DNA from: an uncultured virus (IMG/VR IMGVR_UViG_3300021962_006479)
Taxonomy: Duplodnaviria; Heunggongvirae; Uroviricota; Caudoviricetes
Length of the DNA stretch: 56,157 nucleotides
IMG/VR virus record: IMGVR_UViG_3300021962_006479
Strand: one strand, 5' to 3'
In this document: positions 18,130-26,316 of the stretch, piece after piece
How positions within the stretch are numbered: the first letter of the stretch is position 1
Layout: the number at the start of each line of letters is the position of its first letter
Program-made: the position numbers and the translations under genes
The notes under the pieces: generated by a model
Told to the model about the DNA's origin: nothing
Databases searched by the model: none
What the model saw: the letters and a program-made list of their open reading frames with translations, nothing else

Positions 18130-18308
18130 TTAGATATTTTCTTTAGAACATAACGACCCTTATCATCAATTGAAAAATCGATAGTATCCCCTTCTATCCA
18201 ACCTAACTGTTTAAGTAGCTCAGGTGGTAATGGTACCATTAAGTCACCCGAGTCAGGATCTTCCTGAGTAATGACCTCATACCTAGAATTGTCGTATTTT
18301 TTGCCCAT
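18126..18308 (-). CDS. AbrB/MazE-like swapped-hairpin protein
   Basis: GDLMVPLPPELLKQLGWIEGDTIDF. Confidence 0.6.
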   Translation of the reverse strand: MGKKYDNSRYEVITQEDPDSGDLMVPLPPELLKQLGWIEGDTIDFSIDDKGRYVLKKISK

Positions 18309-18373
18309 GTAATATTATAGCAGGTTAGTTTGTATTATTAAAAGTTTATTGGGCAAATTAGTTTACCAACATA

Positions 18374-18937
18374 CTATTTAGTCAGAAAAGGTGAGTAGAT
18401 TTTTTCTAGTCTATTAATAGTATCTTGTGCCGCACTTGATACCTCTGACTCATCTTCATGCTTAACTGGTATACCACCGGCATCAGTCCATTTCTGAATG
18501 TATGGACCAAAGTCATCTACTAATACATTTGCTACACCATCACTAACTGCATATTTAAACTTAGCTGACGTAAAGATTGCATTACTACTAGAACCAGGAT
18601 GATATGTGTCTAACCAATCTTTTTTTGCTTGTTTACTTGCATCAGCAAATGGTCCACGTAATGGAGCTGATAAGACTGTATATGGAATATTGTGTTGCTG
18701 TGCCCAACGAACAACTTCCATACCACCACTAAGTGGTTTGAGTTTACGGAAAAAATCATATACTTGTTCGGCTGTACTATTGGCTAAATCTTCAATCTCG
18801 CCTTCTTTATCTTGTATAGCTTTCCAATGAGAGACACCGTGCTTATCTGCCCAAGCACCAAAAAAGTCAGCCTGTACTCCATCCATATCTAGGTATAGAT
18901 GGGGAATTTTTTTAGTTGTGTCTTCAATAATTTTCAT
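18374..18937 (-). CDS. HAD-family 5'(3')-deoxyribonucleotidase-like protein
   Basis: LYLDMDGVQADF, LSAP, K..WL, LVDD. Confidence 0.8.
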   Translation of the reverse strand: MKIIEDTTKKIPHLYLDMDGVQADFFGAWADKHGVSHWKAIQDKEGEIEDLANSTAEQVYDFFRKLKPLSGGMEVVRWAQQHNIPYTVLSAPLRGPFADASKQAKKDWLDTYHPGSSSNAIFTSAKFKYAVSDGVANVLVDDFGPYIQKWTDAGGIPVKHEDESEVSSAAQDTINRLEKIYSPFLTK

Positions 18938-19257
18938 TAACCTTCTCCGCTACTTGCAGCCTTATCATCTTCAGTTTTTTTAATATTGTTAATTTGCTTT
19001 TCTGCTTCTACACGTTCAAACTCAATTGTTTTACCACGTAAATGAAGTACAGTATTAACTTTTTGATTTAAACGTATCAAGTCATTATCTAACATCCTGA
19101 TACGGTCAATCAATGCAATAAGAACAGTGTTAGCATCACTAATAACTGGCTTAACTTCTTTTGTGGCCCATTCCCAAACATATTTGATAATGAAGCCCAT
19201 CCCAACTGCCATAACAATCGGGAAGCCATATTTATTAATTAGTTCTACTACATCCAT
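18937..19257 (-). CDS. Small single-TM coiled-coil protein (paralog of 20441-20722)
   Basis: INKYGFPIVMAVGMGFII ... LIDRIRMLDNDLIRL. Confidence 0.65.
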   Translation of the reverse strand: MDVVELINKYGFPIVMAVGMGFIIKYVWEWATKEVKPVISDANTVLIALIDRIRMLDNDLIRLNQKVNTVLHLRGKTIEFERVEAEKQINNIKKTEDDKAASSGEG

Positions 19258-19258
19258 A

Positions 19259-19795
19259 TTATATCACCAACGGGACTAAAAGCCAAACTCCTTGGGCTAA
19301 TAGTAATGAACCAAATATACTAACACCAATACTACCCCAAAACATACGTTTATCAACAGCTAAAATACTAGCTGATAATAGCACAATAGCTAACTGAAAT
19401 GCCATTGCCGCAAATGTTAACCAAGGTGAATGTTTTTTGGCTTCATCACGTTCTGCTTCAATCTTTAATGCTTTAGCCATCAACTCTTTCTTACCCTCAC
19501 CTTTATCAGGCTCGGATTCATACCTGTCAATCTTAGCTTGTAGTTGTTCCCTACGTTTTGGATCTGCGGTGGCTTCTAATTGACCCTCAGCAATAGATTG
19601 CTTAATTGACTTAGCCTGATAAAAATTCCAAGTATCATTCGCTTTAATAGTGTTAGATAATATTTTGCTACTAAATCCACTAGCCATGTAAGTTGTAATT
19701 GCTAATAGTAGTGCAATGACGGTAATGACCCATCCTGCTCTATCTTTAAGCTGTGCTTCACGTTCTGAACGTGATAATGTTTTTACTTCTGCCAT
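19259..19795 (-). CDS. DUF4337-like membrane protein
   Basis: TM, then ANDTWNFYQAKSIKQ, coiled coil, FQLAIVLLSASIL and two TMs. Confidence 0.65.
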   Translation of the reverse strand: MAEVKTLSRSEREAQLKDRAGWVITVIALLLAITTYMASGFSSKILSNTIKANDTWNFYQAKSIKQSIAEGQLEATADPKRREQLQAKIDRYESEPDKGEGKKELMAKALKIEAERDEAKKHSPWLTFAAMAFQLAIVLLSASILAVDKRMFWGSIGVSIFGSLLLAQGVWLLVPLVI

Positions 19796-19808
19796 TTTTA
19801 TTCTCCTT

Positions 19809-20057
19809 TTAATAATAACTTTTCTTCCATTTTTCTTTTTTAGCCTTCTCTTTTTGCTGTTCGGCTAACATACGAAACCATTCTTTTTTTACTTCTAAGT
19901 CGTGTTTTTTTCGAGCTAAATCGGTCATTGAATTTTTATCATAGAACATATAATAAAATGCCATACCAAATCCTAGACCTAATAAGAAATACGGTAGTAA
20001 TTCATATAAACTTGGTCCTATGTTTAATAACCAAGATAGGTCTATAGTGATAATCAT
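19809..20057 (-). CDS. Small membrane protein
   Basis: One TM, basic tail. Confidence 0.5.
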   Translation of the reverse strand: MIITIDLSWLLNIGPSLYELLPYFLLGLGFGMAFYYMFYDKNSMTDLARKKHDLEVKKEWFRMLAEQQKEKAKKEKWKKSYY

Positions 20058-20242
20058 TTTTTTCCCTGTAGGATAAATTTTTCTAATACATCAACTTTGA
20101 CTAACTTTTTAATACCTAGTTCTCTATCTTCTACTAGCTTAAAGTAGTCACCTTCTTCCCATCCAAATCGATCTACGTCTAATTCTTTATCAAAAATTAA
20201 ACTATTCGGATTTAGATCCCATGTGTAATCATAATGTAGCAT
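20054..20242 (-). CDS. Hypothetical protein
   Basis: GGAGG RBS before ATG 20242 (MLHYDYTWDL). Confidence 0.55.
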   Translation of the reverse strand: MLHYDYTWDLNPNSLIFDKELDVDRFGWEEGDYFKLVEDRELGIKKLVKVDVLEKFILQGKK

Positions 20243-20441
20243 ATGTGTATCCCTCCGAAGACTCCATAACTCTAGGACAAATGTCACCATACTTTAATAA
20301 AAATTCTGTCATTAATACACCATCCGGAATCCAAAATCTTGTACGATTTAAGTGAGGTTCAAACTTTATATTGTTAGTTGATATCCAACTAGCAACTTCT
20401 AAAAATTTGTCATCTCTAGTATAAACGCAATATTGAATCAT
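20229..20441 (-). CDS. Hypothetical protein
   Basis: EPHLNRTRFW motif; ORF packing. Confidence 0.55.
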   Translation of the reverse strand: MIQYCVYTRDDKFLEVASWISTNNIKFEPHLNRTRFWIPDGVLMTEFLLKYGDICPRVMESSEGYTYATL

Positions 20442-20722
20442 TAATCCCTCCGAGCATCAGTTTTACCATCAGCACGGGCTATACGTTCCGCATCTGGACG
20501 TAAACCTAGAGCATTACTAACAATGGTATCAATGCGAATAACATCATGGTTCATAGTTTTTACACGATTATCAAGTGCAGTAATGATGCCGGCCATACCT
20601 TTGATTGACCCTAGAACACCCTGTAATAGTAGTTTGATAGTCAAATAAACAAAGTAACCACCGGCAAGGGCAACCGCAATTGGAAACCCTAAGTCACCTA
20701 TAATCTTAAATATATCTCCCAT
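20441..20722 (-). CDS. Small single-TM coiled-coil protein (paralog of 18937-19257)
   Basis: IGDLGFPIAVALAGGYFV ... LDNRVKTMNHDVIRID; AAAGGA RBS before ATG 20722. Confidence 0.65.
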   Translation of the reverse strand: MGDIFKIIGDLGFPIAVALAGGYFVYLTIKLLLQGVLGSIKGMAGIITALDNRVKTMNHDVIRIDTIVSNALGLRPDAERIARADGKTDARRD

Positions 20723-20808
20723 AAATATCCTTTTATGTATTACACTATATCTTTTGATGTAAATCAACTAAATATATATATATAATATTTATCGGATCGG
20801 AGCAGATA

Positions 20809-21291
20809 ATGATAAGAGGTATAACAGTAAGTACCCTAATGATGCTCGCTGTGTTAGCCTATTCGGCTGAATTAACGCATCAGTTTAATAGCCCTAGTTT
20901 CAGCGGACAGGGTTATAGTAGCCATGTACTAACGTTAAAACAGTTAGAAGACCTACAAAAAGACAAGAATAAGGCATTAGCCGATGCATTAAAAGCAAAG
21001 GTAGAGAGTGATGCCCTTAATACACCTCAAGCTAGATTTTTAGCTAATTTAGAGTCAAGAATTTATAGTCAACTAGCCAAACAGTTGACTGATAGTATGT
21101 TCGGTGAAGGATCAACTTGCACTACAAAAGGTGTAATTTGTGGAACTATTCCTGATTTAGGTGGCAATACTATCAGTTGGAAATTAGGTGATGGAGCAGA
21201 TAATGGTTTAATCATTATCACTATTGTTAACAATGCTAACCCATCACAAACAACAACAATGAAGGTACCAGCGGGGACATTTTACTTCTAA
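20809..21291 (+). CDS. csgF: Curli assembly component CsgF-like
   Basis: Signal peptide, then mature N-terminus ELTHQFNSPSFSG (CsgF consensus elvy.f.nPsFgG); RF..NLESRIYSQLAKQL; directly upstream of csgG. Confidence 0.75.
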   Translation: MIRGITVSTLMMLAVLAYSAELTHQFNSPSFSGQGYSSHVLTLKQLEDLQKDKNKALADALKAKVESDALNTPQARFLANLESRIYSQLAKQLTDSMFGEGSTCTTKGVICGTIPDLGGNTISWKLGDGADNGLIIITIVNNANPSQTTTMKVPAGTFYF

Positions 21292-22289
21292 TGAAAAAAC
21301 TATTACTATTATTATCGGTCGTGCTTATCCTTTCTGGTTGTGCCATCAGTAGCAGTACTAGAAATGCAATCACGGGTAAACAATTTGATGAGCCTGTTAT
21401 AGAACAAAACGTTTATATGAAAAAAGATAACAATAAGTTACTGCCACCAAATGATGGTCCTATTACTATTGCTGTCTATGGGTTTTCAGATAAAACAGGA
21501 CAACGTAAAAGTACACAGAATATTGCTAGCTTAAGTTCAGCAGTTACACAGGGTGCAGAAAGCTACTTGATTAAAGCATTACAAGATGTAGGTGAGAGCA
21601 AGTGGTTTGTTGTATTAGAACGTGTTGGATTAGATAACTTAATCAAAGAACGTCAAATGATACGTCAGATGCGTGAACAATATCAAGGACGTGATGCTAA
21701 ACCATTACCCCCAATGATGTTTGCCGGTGTATTGGTTGAAGGTGGTATTGTTGGTTATGATAGCAACACATTAACAGGTGGTTCAGGTGTCAGAGTATTA
21801 GGTATTGGGACTAGCACACAATATCAGTCAGACACAGTAACTATCAATTTAAGAACAGTAAGCGTTAGCACAGGCGAAGTATTAACTAGTGTAACAGTTA
21901 CTAAAACCGTATTAAGTTATATGGACAAAGCAGGCGTATTACGTTTTGCTAGTGAAGGTACAAGTAGTATTGAAGCTGAAGTTGGTGTTAGTATTAATGA
22001 AAGCATTAACAAGGCTACAAGTATGGCCATACAAGCAGCCGTCATAGATACAATACGTGAAGGTGCTCGTAAGGGACATTGGAATTTTAAAAAAGAGGAG
22101 AAAAAAAATGAGTTGGTTCAAGAGAAAGCCTCACCTAAAGACACCCCCAAAATTACAACCGCACCATCTAAGCCCGACAACGGAAAAGATATTAAAGGAA
22201 ACGAAATTAGAAGTTTCTGGAATAAGGTCTCAGAAGGATTCACAAACATATTCAAATTCAGTAAAAAGAAAGAAGAAGTAAAAGAATAA
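21291..22289 (+). CDS. csgG: Curli secretion outer-membrane lipoprotein CsgG
   Basis: Lipobox LSGC; IAVYGFSDKTGQRK, SSAVTQGA, WFVVLERVGLDNLIKERQMIR, EGGIVGYDSN..TGGSG, LRTVSVSTGEVL. Confidence 0.92.
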   Translation: MKKLLLLLSVVLILSGCAISSSTRNAITGKQFDEPVIEQNVYMKKDNNKLLPPNDGPITIAVYGFSDKTGQRKSTQNIASLSSAVTQGAESYLIKALQDVGESKWFVVLERVGLDNLIKERQMIRQMREQYQGRDAKPLPPMMFAGVLVEGGIVGYDSNTLTGGSGVRVLGIGTSTQYQSDTVTINLRTVSVSTGEVLTSVTVTKTVLSYMDKAGVLRFASEGTSSIEAEVGVSINESINKATSMAIQAAVIDTIREGARKGHWNFKKEEKKNELVQEKASPKDTPKITTAPSKPDNGKDIKGNEIRSFWNKVSEGFTNIFKFSKKKEEVKE

Positions 22290-22376
22290 ACAATGTTTGG
22301 TAGACCAAAAAGCCTACAGTCTATCAAATATCTAAAAAGAAGTAGGTAATAAAAATAAGGGTAAAACCCAAGGAGC

Positions 22377-23174
22377 GTGATCAGGACAACTGATTACTGT
22401 ATTTTAATGAAGCATTATAAAAACTATAAGACGGTGCTTTCAGCATTAGCATTATCATTGCTAACAGGAACTAGTATGGCGCAGGTACAAACTGCCGCTA
22501 CAGGCCCTAATAAAGTTTATATTGAACAAGTTGGTAATACCAACACAGTCACACTTGAACAAACAGGTGGAACTAACAACATCGGTGGGGTAGATAATGC
22601 CACACCTAGTAATACTAACTATGCCACTATTAGTGGTAATAGCAACACTATTACTATGATTCAAAAAGGTGACAACAATTTAGGTCAATATAACATTAAA
22701 GGTAATAACAACGACTACACTAGTACAGTTACTGGAAACAACAATAAGACCAAACTAACAGTTGGTGATGTACAAAATGCAAGTAATTTACGTAACATCA
22801 TTACTGAAACAATTACTGGTAACGATAATACTGTTATTCAAAACTTAATTGGTAGTGATATTCAAAGCACATTATTAATTACAGGTAGCACTAATGAAAT
22901 TACTAAAGATTTAAAAAGTAGTTTTGGTATAAGTGATATCAGTATCACCGGTAGTAATAACAAACTTGACATTGAACAATTTGATGCTAGTGGTGCAAAT
23001 GGCCATAACTTGAAACAAGTTATTGCAGGTAACTACAATAGTATTATTACTCAACAACAAGGTACAAATGATACAACTGTTGACATTAAAACTACGGGTG
23101 ATCACAATACTATTACTGTGAGAACTAGTAGCGCAAGTACAATATCAACACCAAGAACAGCAGTACCGAGATAA
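22377..23174 (+). CDS. Secreted curlin-repeat (CsgA/CsgB-like) protein
   Basis: Signal peptide; repeats such as VYIEQVGNTN, VTLEQTGGTN, ITMIQKGDNN, YNIKGNNN, IKTTGDHN (Q-x-G-x-x-N); start may be ATG 22407. Confidence 0.7.
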   Translation: MIRTTDYCILMKHYKNYKTVLSALALSLLTGTSMAQVQTAATGPNKVYIEQVGNTNTVTLEQTGGTNNIGGVDNATPSNTNYATISGNSNTITMIQKGDNNLGQYNIKGNNNDYTSTVTGNNNKTKLTVGDVQNASNLRNIITETITGNDNTVIQNLIGSDIQSTLLITGSTNEITKDLKSSFGISDISITGSNNKLDIEQFDASGANGHNLKQVIAGNYNSIITQQQGTNDTTVDIKTTGDHNTITVRTSSASTISTPRTAVPR

Positions 23175-23176
23175 TA

Positions 23177-24271
23177 ATGCGTAAGTTATTCATATTGTTG
23201 TCTTTGCTATTATGTATAACAGCAAATGCTAACATAGGTAACGTATCGGAATTTACAGGTGCTCCTGGTGAAATTACTCGTGGAAAAAACAAAGTTGTAG
23301 GCAATAAAGGTGTTGGTATCGAAAGTAATGATATCTATTCTACTAAAAACGGCACAGTACAATTAATTTTCAAAGATGATACTAAAGTCAAAGTAACCGA
23401 GAATAGTCGTTTACTTATAGACGATTTTGTGTTTGACCCCAATAAAAGTGATGCAGGAAAACTAGCACTTAAAGTTGGTATGGGTACAGTACGCTATGCA
23501 TCAGGACAAATTGCTAAAACAAATAGTCAACAAGTAGCAATCAAAACTCCAACAGCAAGTATTGCAGTACGTGGTACTGACTTCACTATGACAGTAGATG
23601 AAGCAGGACAGAGCTTAATCGTATTAGTTCCTAGCTGTAAAGAAGATGAAAAAGTGAAAGATTACGAATTAGAAGAAAACAAATGCCGTGTAGGTAGTAT
23701 TGAAGTAGAGACATTGGTTGGCAAAGTTGTATTGGATCAAGCATTTCATGGTACATTTGTTACAAGTAATAATATAGCACCTACTATACCAGTTGTAATG
23801 AATATAACTGAGAGAAAAATATCAAACAACTTGATTATTGCAAAGCCATTGGAAATTATTAAAGCTATTAACAATCAAAATGGTAAGAGCAAAAAAGAAA
23901 TGGAACAAGAACAAGAAGAACAAGAGCAAGCACGTAAGTTAAATGAAGCTATACAAAAAGATAGTGATGAGACACAAGCAAGGATATTAAATCTTACTAC
24001 TGGGTTTGTAAACAAGAATTGTAATTCTGCTACAAATGTCTGCGTCATCTGGGAAAAAAATGAATCAGAGATACAAAGTAGGGGTAAGGGTGTGGCATAT
24101 CGTAATACAGAGAATGAACATTATGCTGAAGTAAAAACACTGGGATACAGTTCAAACACATTAGTTACTATTATTCATAACGATACATTAGCATCGGAAC
24201 TTATTGGTGATGGATCACCGGGAGGTAATATGGTCTTTATCAAACAGAATTCAGGAATAAGAAAAAGATGA
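23177..24271 (+). CDS. Periplasmic FecR-domain protein
   Basis: Signal peptide; VQLIFKDDTKVKVTENSRLLID, GTVRYASG, IKTPTASIAVRGTDF. Confidence 0.85.
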   Translation: MRKLFILLSLLLCITANANIGNVSEFTGAPGEITRGKNKVVGNKGVGIESNDIYSTKNGTVQLIFKDDTKVKVTENSRLLIDDFVFDPNKSDAGKLALKVGMGTVRYASGQIAKTNSQQVAIKTPTASIAVRGTDFTMTVDEAGQSLIVLVPSCKEDEKVKDYELEENKCRVGSIEVETLVGKVVLDQAFHGTFVTSNNIAPTIPVVMNITERKISNNLIIAKPLEIIKAINNQNGKSKKEMEQEQEEQEQARKLNEAIQKDSDETQARILNLTTGFVNKNCNSATNVCVIWEKNESEIQSRGKGVAYRNTENEHYAEVKTLGYSSNTLVTIIHNDTLASELIGDGSPGGNMVFIKQNSGIRKR

Positions 24272-24441
24272 CGGGAAGAGAATTACAATTAATGTATCAG
24301 CAATGGTGCCAGGGTAATGAACAATATGATTTTAGATGGTTAGACTTTGTTGAAATGGCGGCAAGACAGTTCAAGCAGCCGGAAAGCGAAGTACTTAGAG
24401 AGTTACAGAAACATTATTGGTTTGTTAAAAACAACAAATGA
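24268..24441 (+). CDS. Small hypothetical protein (57 aa, not in ORF track)
   Basis: MTGRELQLMYQQWCQG...; ATGA overlaps at both ends. Confidence 0.55.
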   Translation: MTGRELQLMYQQWCQGNEQYDFRWLDFVEMAARQFKQPESEVLRELQKHYWFVKNNK

Positions 24442-25556
24442 AAAAGATATTCTTATTACTATTATTTTTGTGTAGTAATGCTTTTGCTAGTTTAACAGAT
24501 GTTAAATTTGGCAGATACCAAATCGCTGATAGTCAATGGAATGTAAGTGCTTGTTTATATACAACTACCTGTCAAATATATAGTAAACAACCCGGTGTCG
24601 CATACAAGATACCATGGACTAGTGGACAAGTGCAATGGGCTACTGGTGATTATGTTAAGTTTGAATTAAGTGGCAATGCATCATTTCCCTATACAGCAAA
24701 ACAATATAATAGTGCAGGGAGTCTAAAAGCTACATTAGGTAGCGGTAAGATTGTTAACATGGGACCTGACTATTTTTTCTTTGTAGGTAGTGATAACAAT
24801 ACAGGTCAATTGTTTAGTGGTAGTTCTGGAATGGCAAATACTAGTGGTGTATCTTGGACTGGAACATTGAACCCTACTATAGCACAAGCAGATGCATATG
24901 CTAATGCAACATATTCTACTGAACCTTTAGCCGCAGGACAAACAGCCGCACCGGCTGCACCGAGTCTATGTTGCGGTGGTAGTTCTACTGCATTTAGTGC
25001 TGATCCTAATAATACTGCAAAAGTTCAAGCATTTATTAATCGTACAACACAAGACAGTCAGGTTTATATAGAACAACTTGGTAATCAAAATACAATTACT
25101 GTCAATCAAACAGGTACAAAAAACAACTATACAAAATATTACAGTAATGGTAGTAGTAATACTATTACAATTACTCAATCAGGTAATAGTAATACACAAG
25201 CAAATTATATAGATGCTTCAGTCGTTGGCAATAGTAACAATGTAAATTTACAACAACAAAGCACCGGTGGAGGCAAAGGTATATTTGCTACAGTGAATAA
25301 CAATAATAACACATTGTTAATTCAACAGAAAGATAGCGGAAGTCATTATGCTGATGTTAGTCTATTTGGTGGAAGCAAAAACGTAGACATACTTCAACAA
25401 GGTAGTGCTAGTCACATGGCTAAAGTTACATTATCAGGTACTACTACAGATTTAAGTTTAAGTCAGAGTGGTTCTACTCAGAACTTCTATTCAATCAATT
25501 TCAACTGTGCGACAGTAGGTGGGTGCGCTAAAATCACAGTAACACAGGGCCAATAA
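24438..25556 (+). CDS. Secreted protein: unknown N-terminal domain plus C-terminal curlin repeats
   Basis: Signal peptide; after an AAPAAP linker, repeats VYIEQLGNQN, ITVNQTGTKN, ITITQSGNSN, VVGNSN, DILQQGS, LSQSGS. Confidence 0.7.
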   Translation: MKKIFLLLLFLCSNAFASLTDVKFGRYQIADSQWNVSACLYTTTCQIYSKQPGVAYKIPWTSGQVQWATGDYVKFELSGNASFPYTAKQYNSAGSLKATLGSGKIVNMGPDYFFFVGSDNNTGQLFSGSSGMANTSGVSWTGTLNPTIAQADAYANATYSTEPLAAGQTAAPAAPSLCCGGSSTAFSADPNNTAKVQAFINRTTQDSQVYIEQLGNQNTITVNQTGTKNNYTKYYSNGSSNTITITQSGNSNTQANYIDASVVGNSNNVNLQQQSTGGGKGIFATVNNNNNTLLIQQKDSGSHYADVSLFGGSKNVDILQQGSASHMAKVTLSGTTTDLSLSQSGSTQNFYSINFNCATVGGCAKITVTQGQ

Positions 25557-25557
25557 C

Positions 25558-25719
25558 ATGGTTAATGCTATTGCTTCAATGATGCTAGTAGGAATGCTAG
25601 CCAAAGAGCCTCGTTGTATAAGATGGACTTGGACTGGCGATGTATACAACCGTAGAGTTGTGTGTTTAGAATGGGATAAACCTCCTCCAAAAAATAAGGA
25701 GCCTAAGAAAAATGCTTGA
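25558..25719 (+). CDS. Small hypothetical protein (53 aa, not in ORF track)
   Basis: MVNAIASMMLVGMLAKEPRCIRWTWTGDVYNRRVVCLEW...; fills the operon gap. Confidence 0.5.
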   Translation: MVNAIASMMLVGMLAKEPRCIRWTWTGDVYNRRVVCLEWDKPPPKNKEPKKNA

Positions 25720-26200
25720 CCCTATCACAATTGGTATTGCTTTTGCAACTGCACAGAAAACAGTAGGCTACATTAAACAAGCTGTAGCTTTGGGTAAAGA
25801 TGTTAATAGTCTTTATAAACAATTTAGTAGTTTTTTTATAAACTGTGATACAGTGCATTCTGCTAGTACAGATTTAAAAGAAAAAATTGATAATTCAATG
25901 TTAACTGATGGTCAGATACGAGCACACGCTTTGCAGATTGCTATGCATAGTAAAGCACTTAGAGAAGCAGAGAAAGATTTGAAAGACTTATTAATATGGT
26001 CTGGCAATAAAGATGTATGGGATGAAATGATGGCTGAACGTGTCCGTATGTATAAAGAACGTGCCGCAGCCGAGAAAAAACGCAAAGAAACAATTGCTAA
26101 GGCACATGCTGATATGATTGACCGTGTATTGATAGGTCTAAGTTGTATGGCTATGGGTGTGCCTGTGATGTTAGCAACAGTAACTATTGTTTTTAGATAA
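25712..26200 (+). CDS. Coiled-coil protein with C-terminal TM
   Basis: AAGGAG RBS; MLDPITIG N-terminus. Confidence 0.65.
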   Translation: MLDPITIGIAFATAQKTVGYIKQAVALGKDVNSLYKQFSSFFINCDTVHSASTDLKEKIDNSMLTDGQIRAHALQIAMHSKALREAEKDLKDLLIWSGNKDVWDEMMAERVRMYKERAAAEKKRKETIAKAHADMIDRVLIGLSCMAMGVPVMLATVTIVFR

Positions 26201-26316
26201 TATTTCAACTCTCGTTATTTCTTAAACTAAATACAAGATAATGAGGCTAAACTAAGATTACTATACAAATATATAATCCTAAGTGAGATAAATACTCTTT
26301 AATAGAATAAACACAT

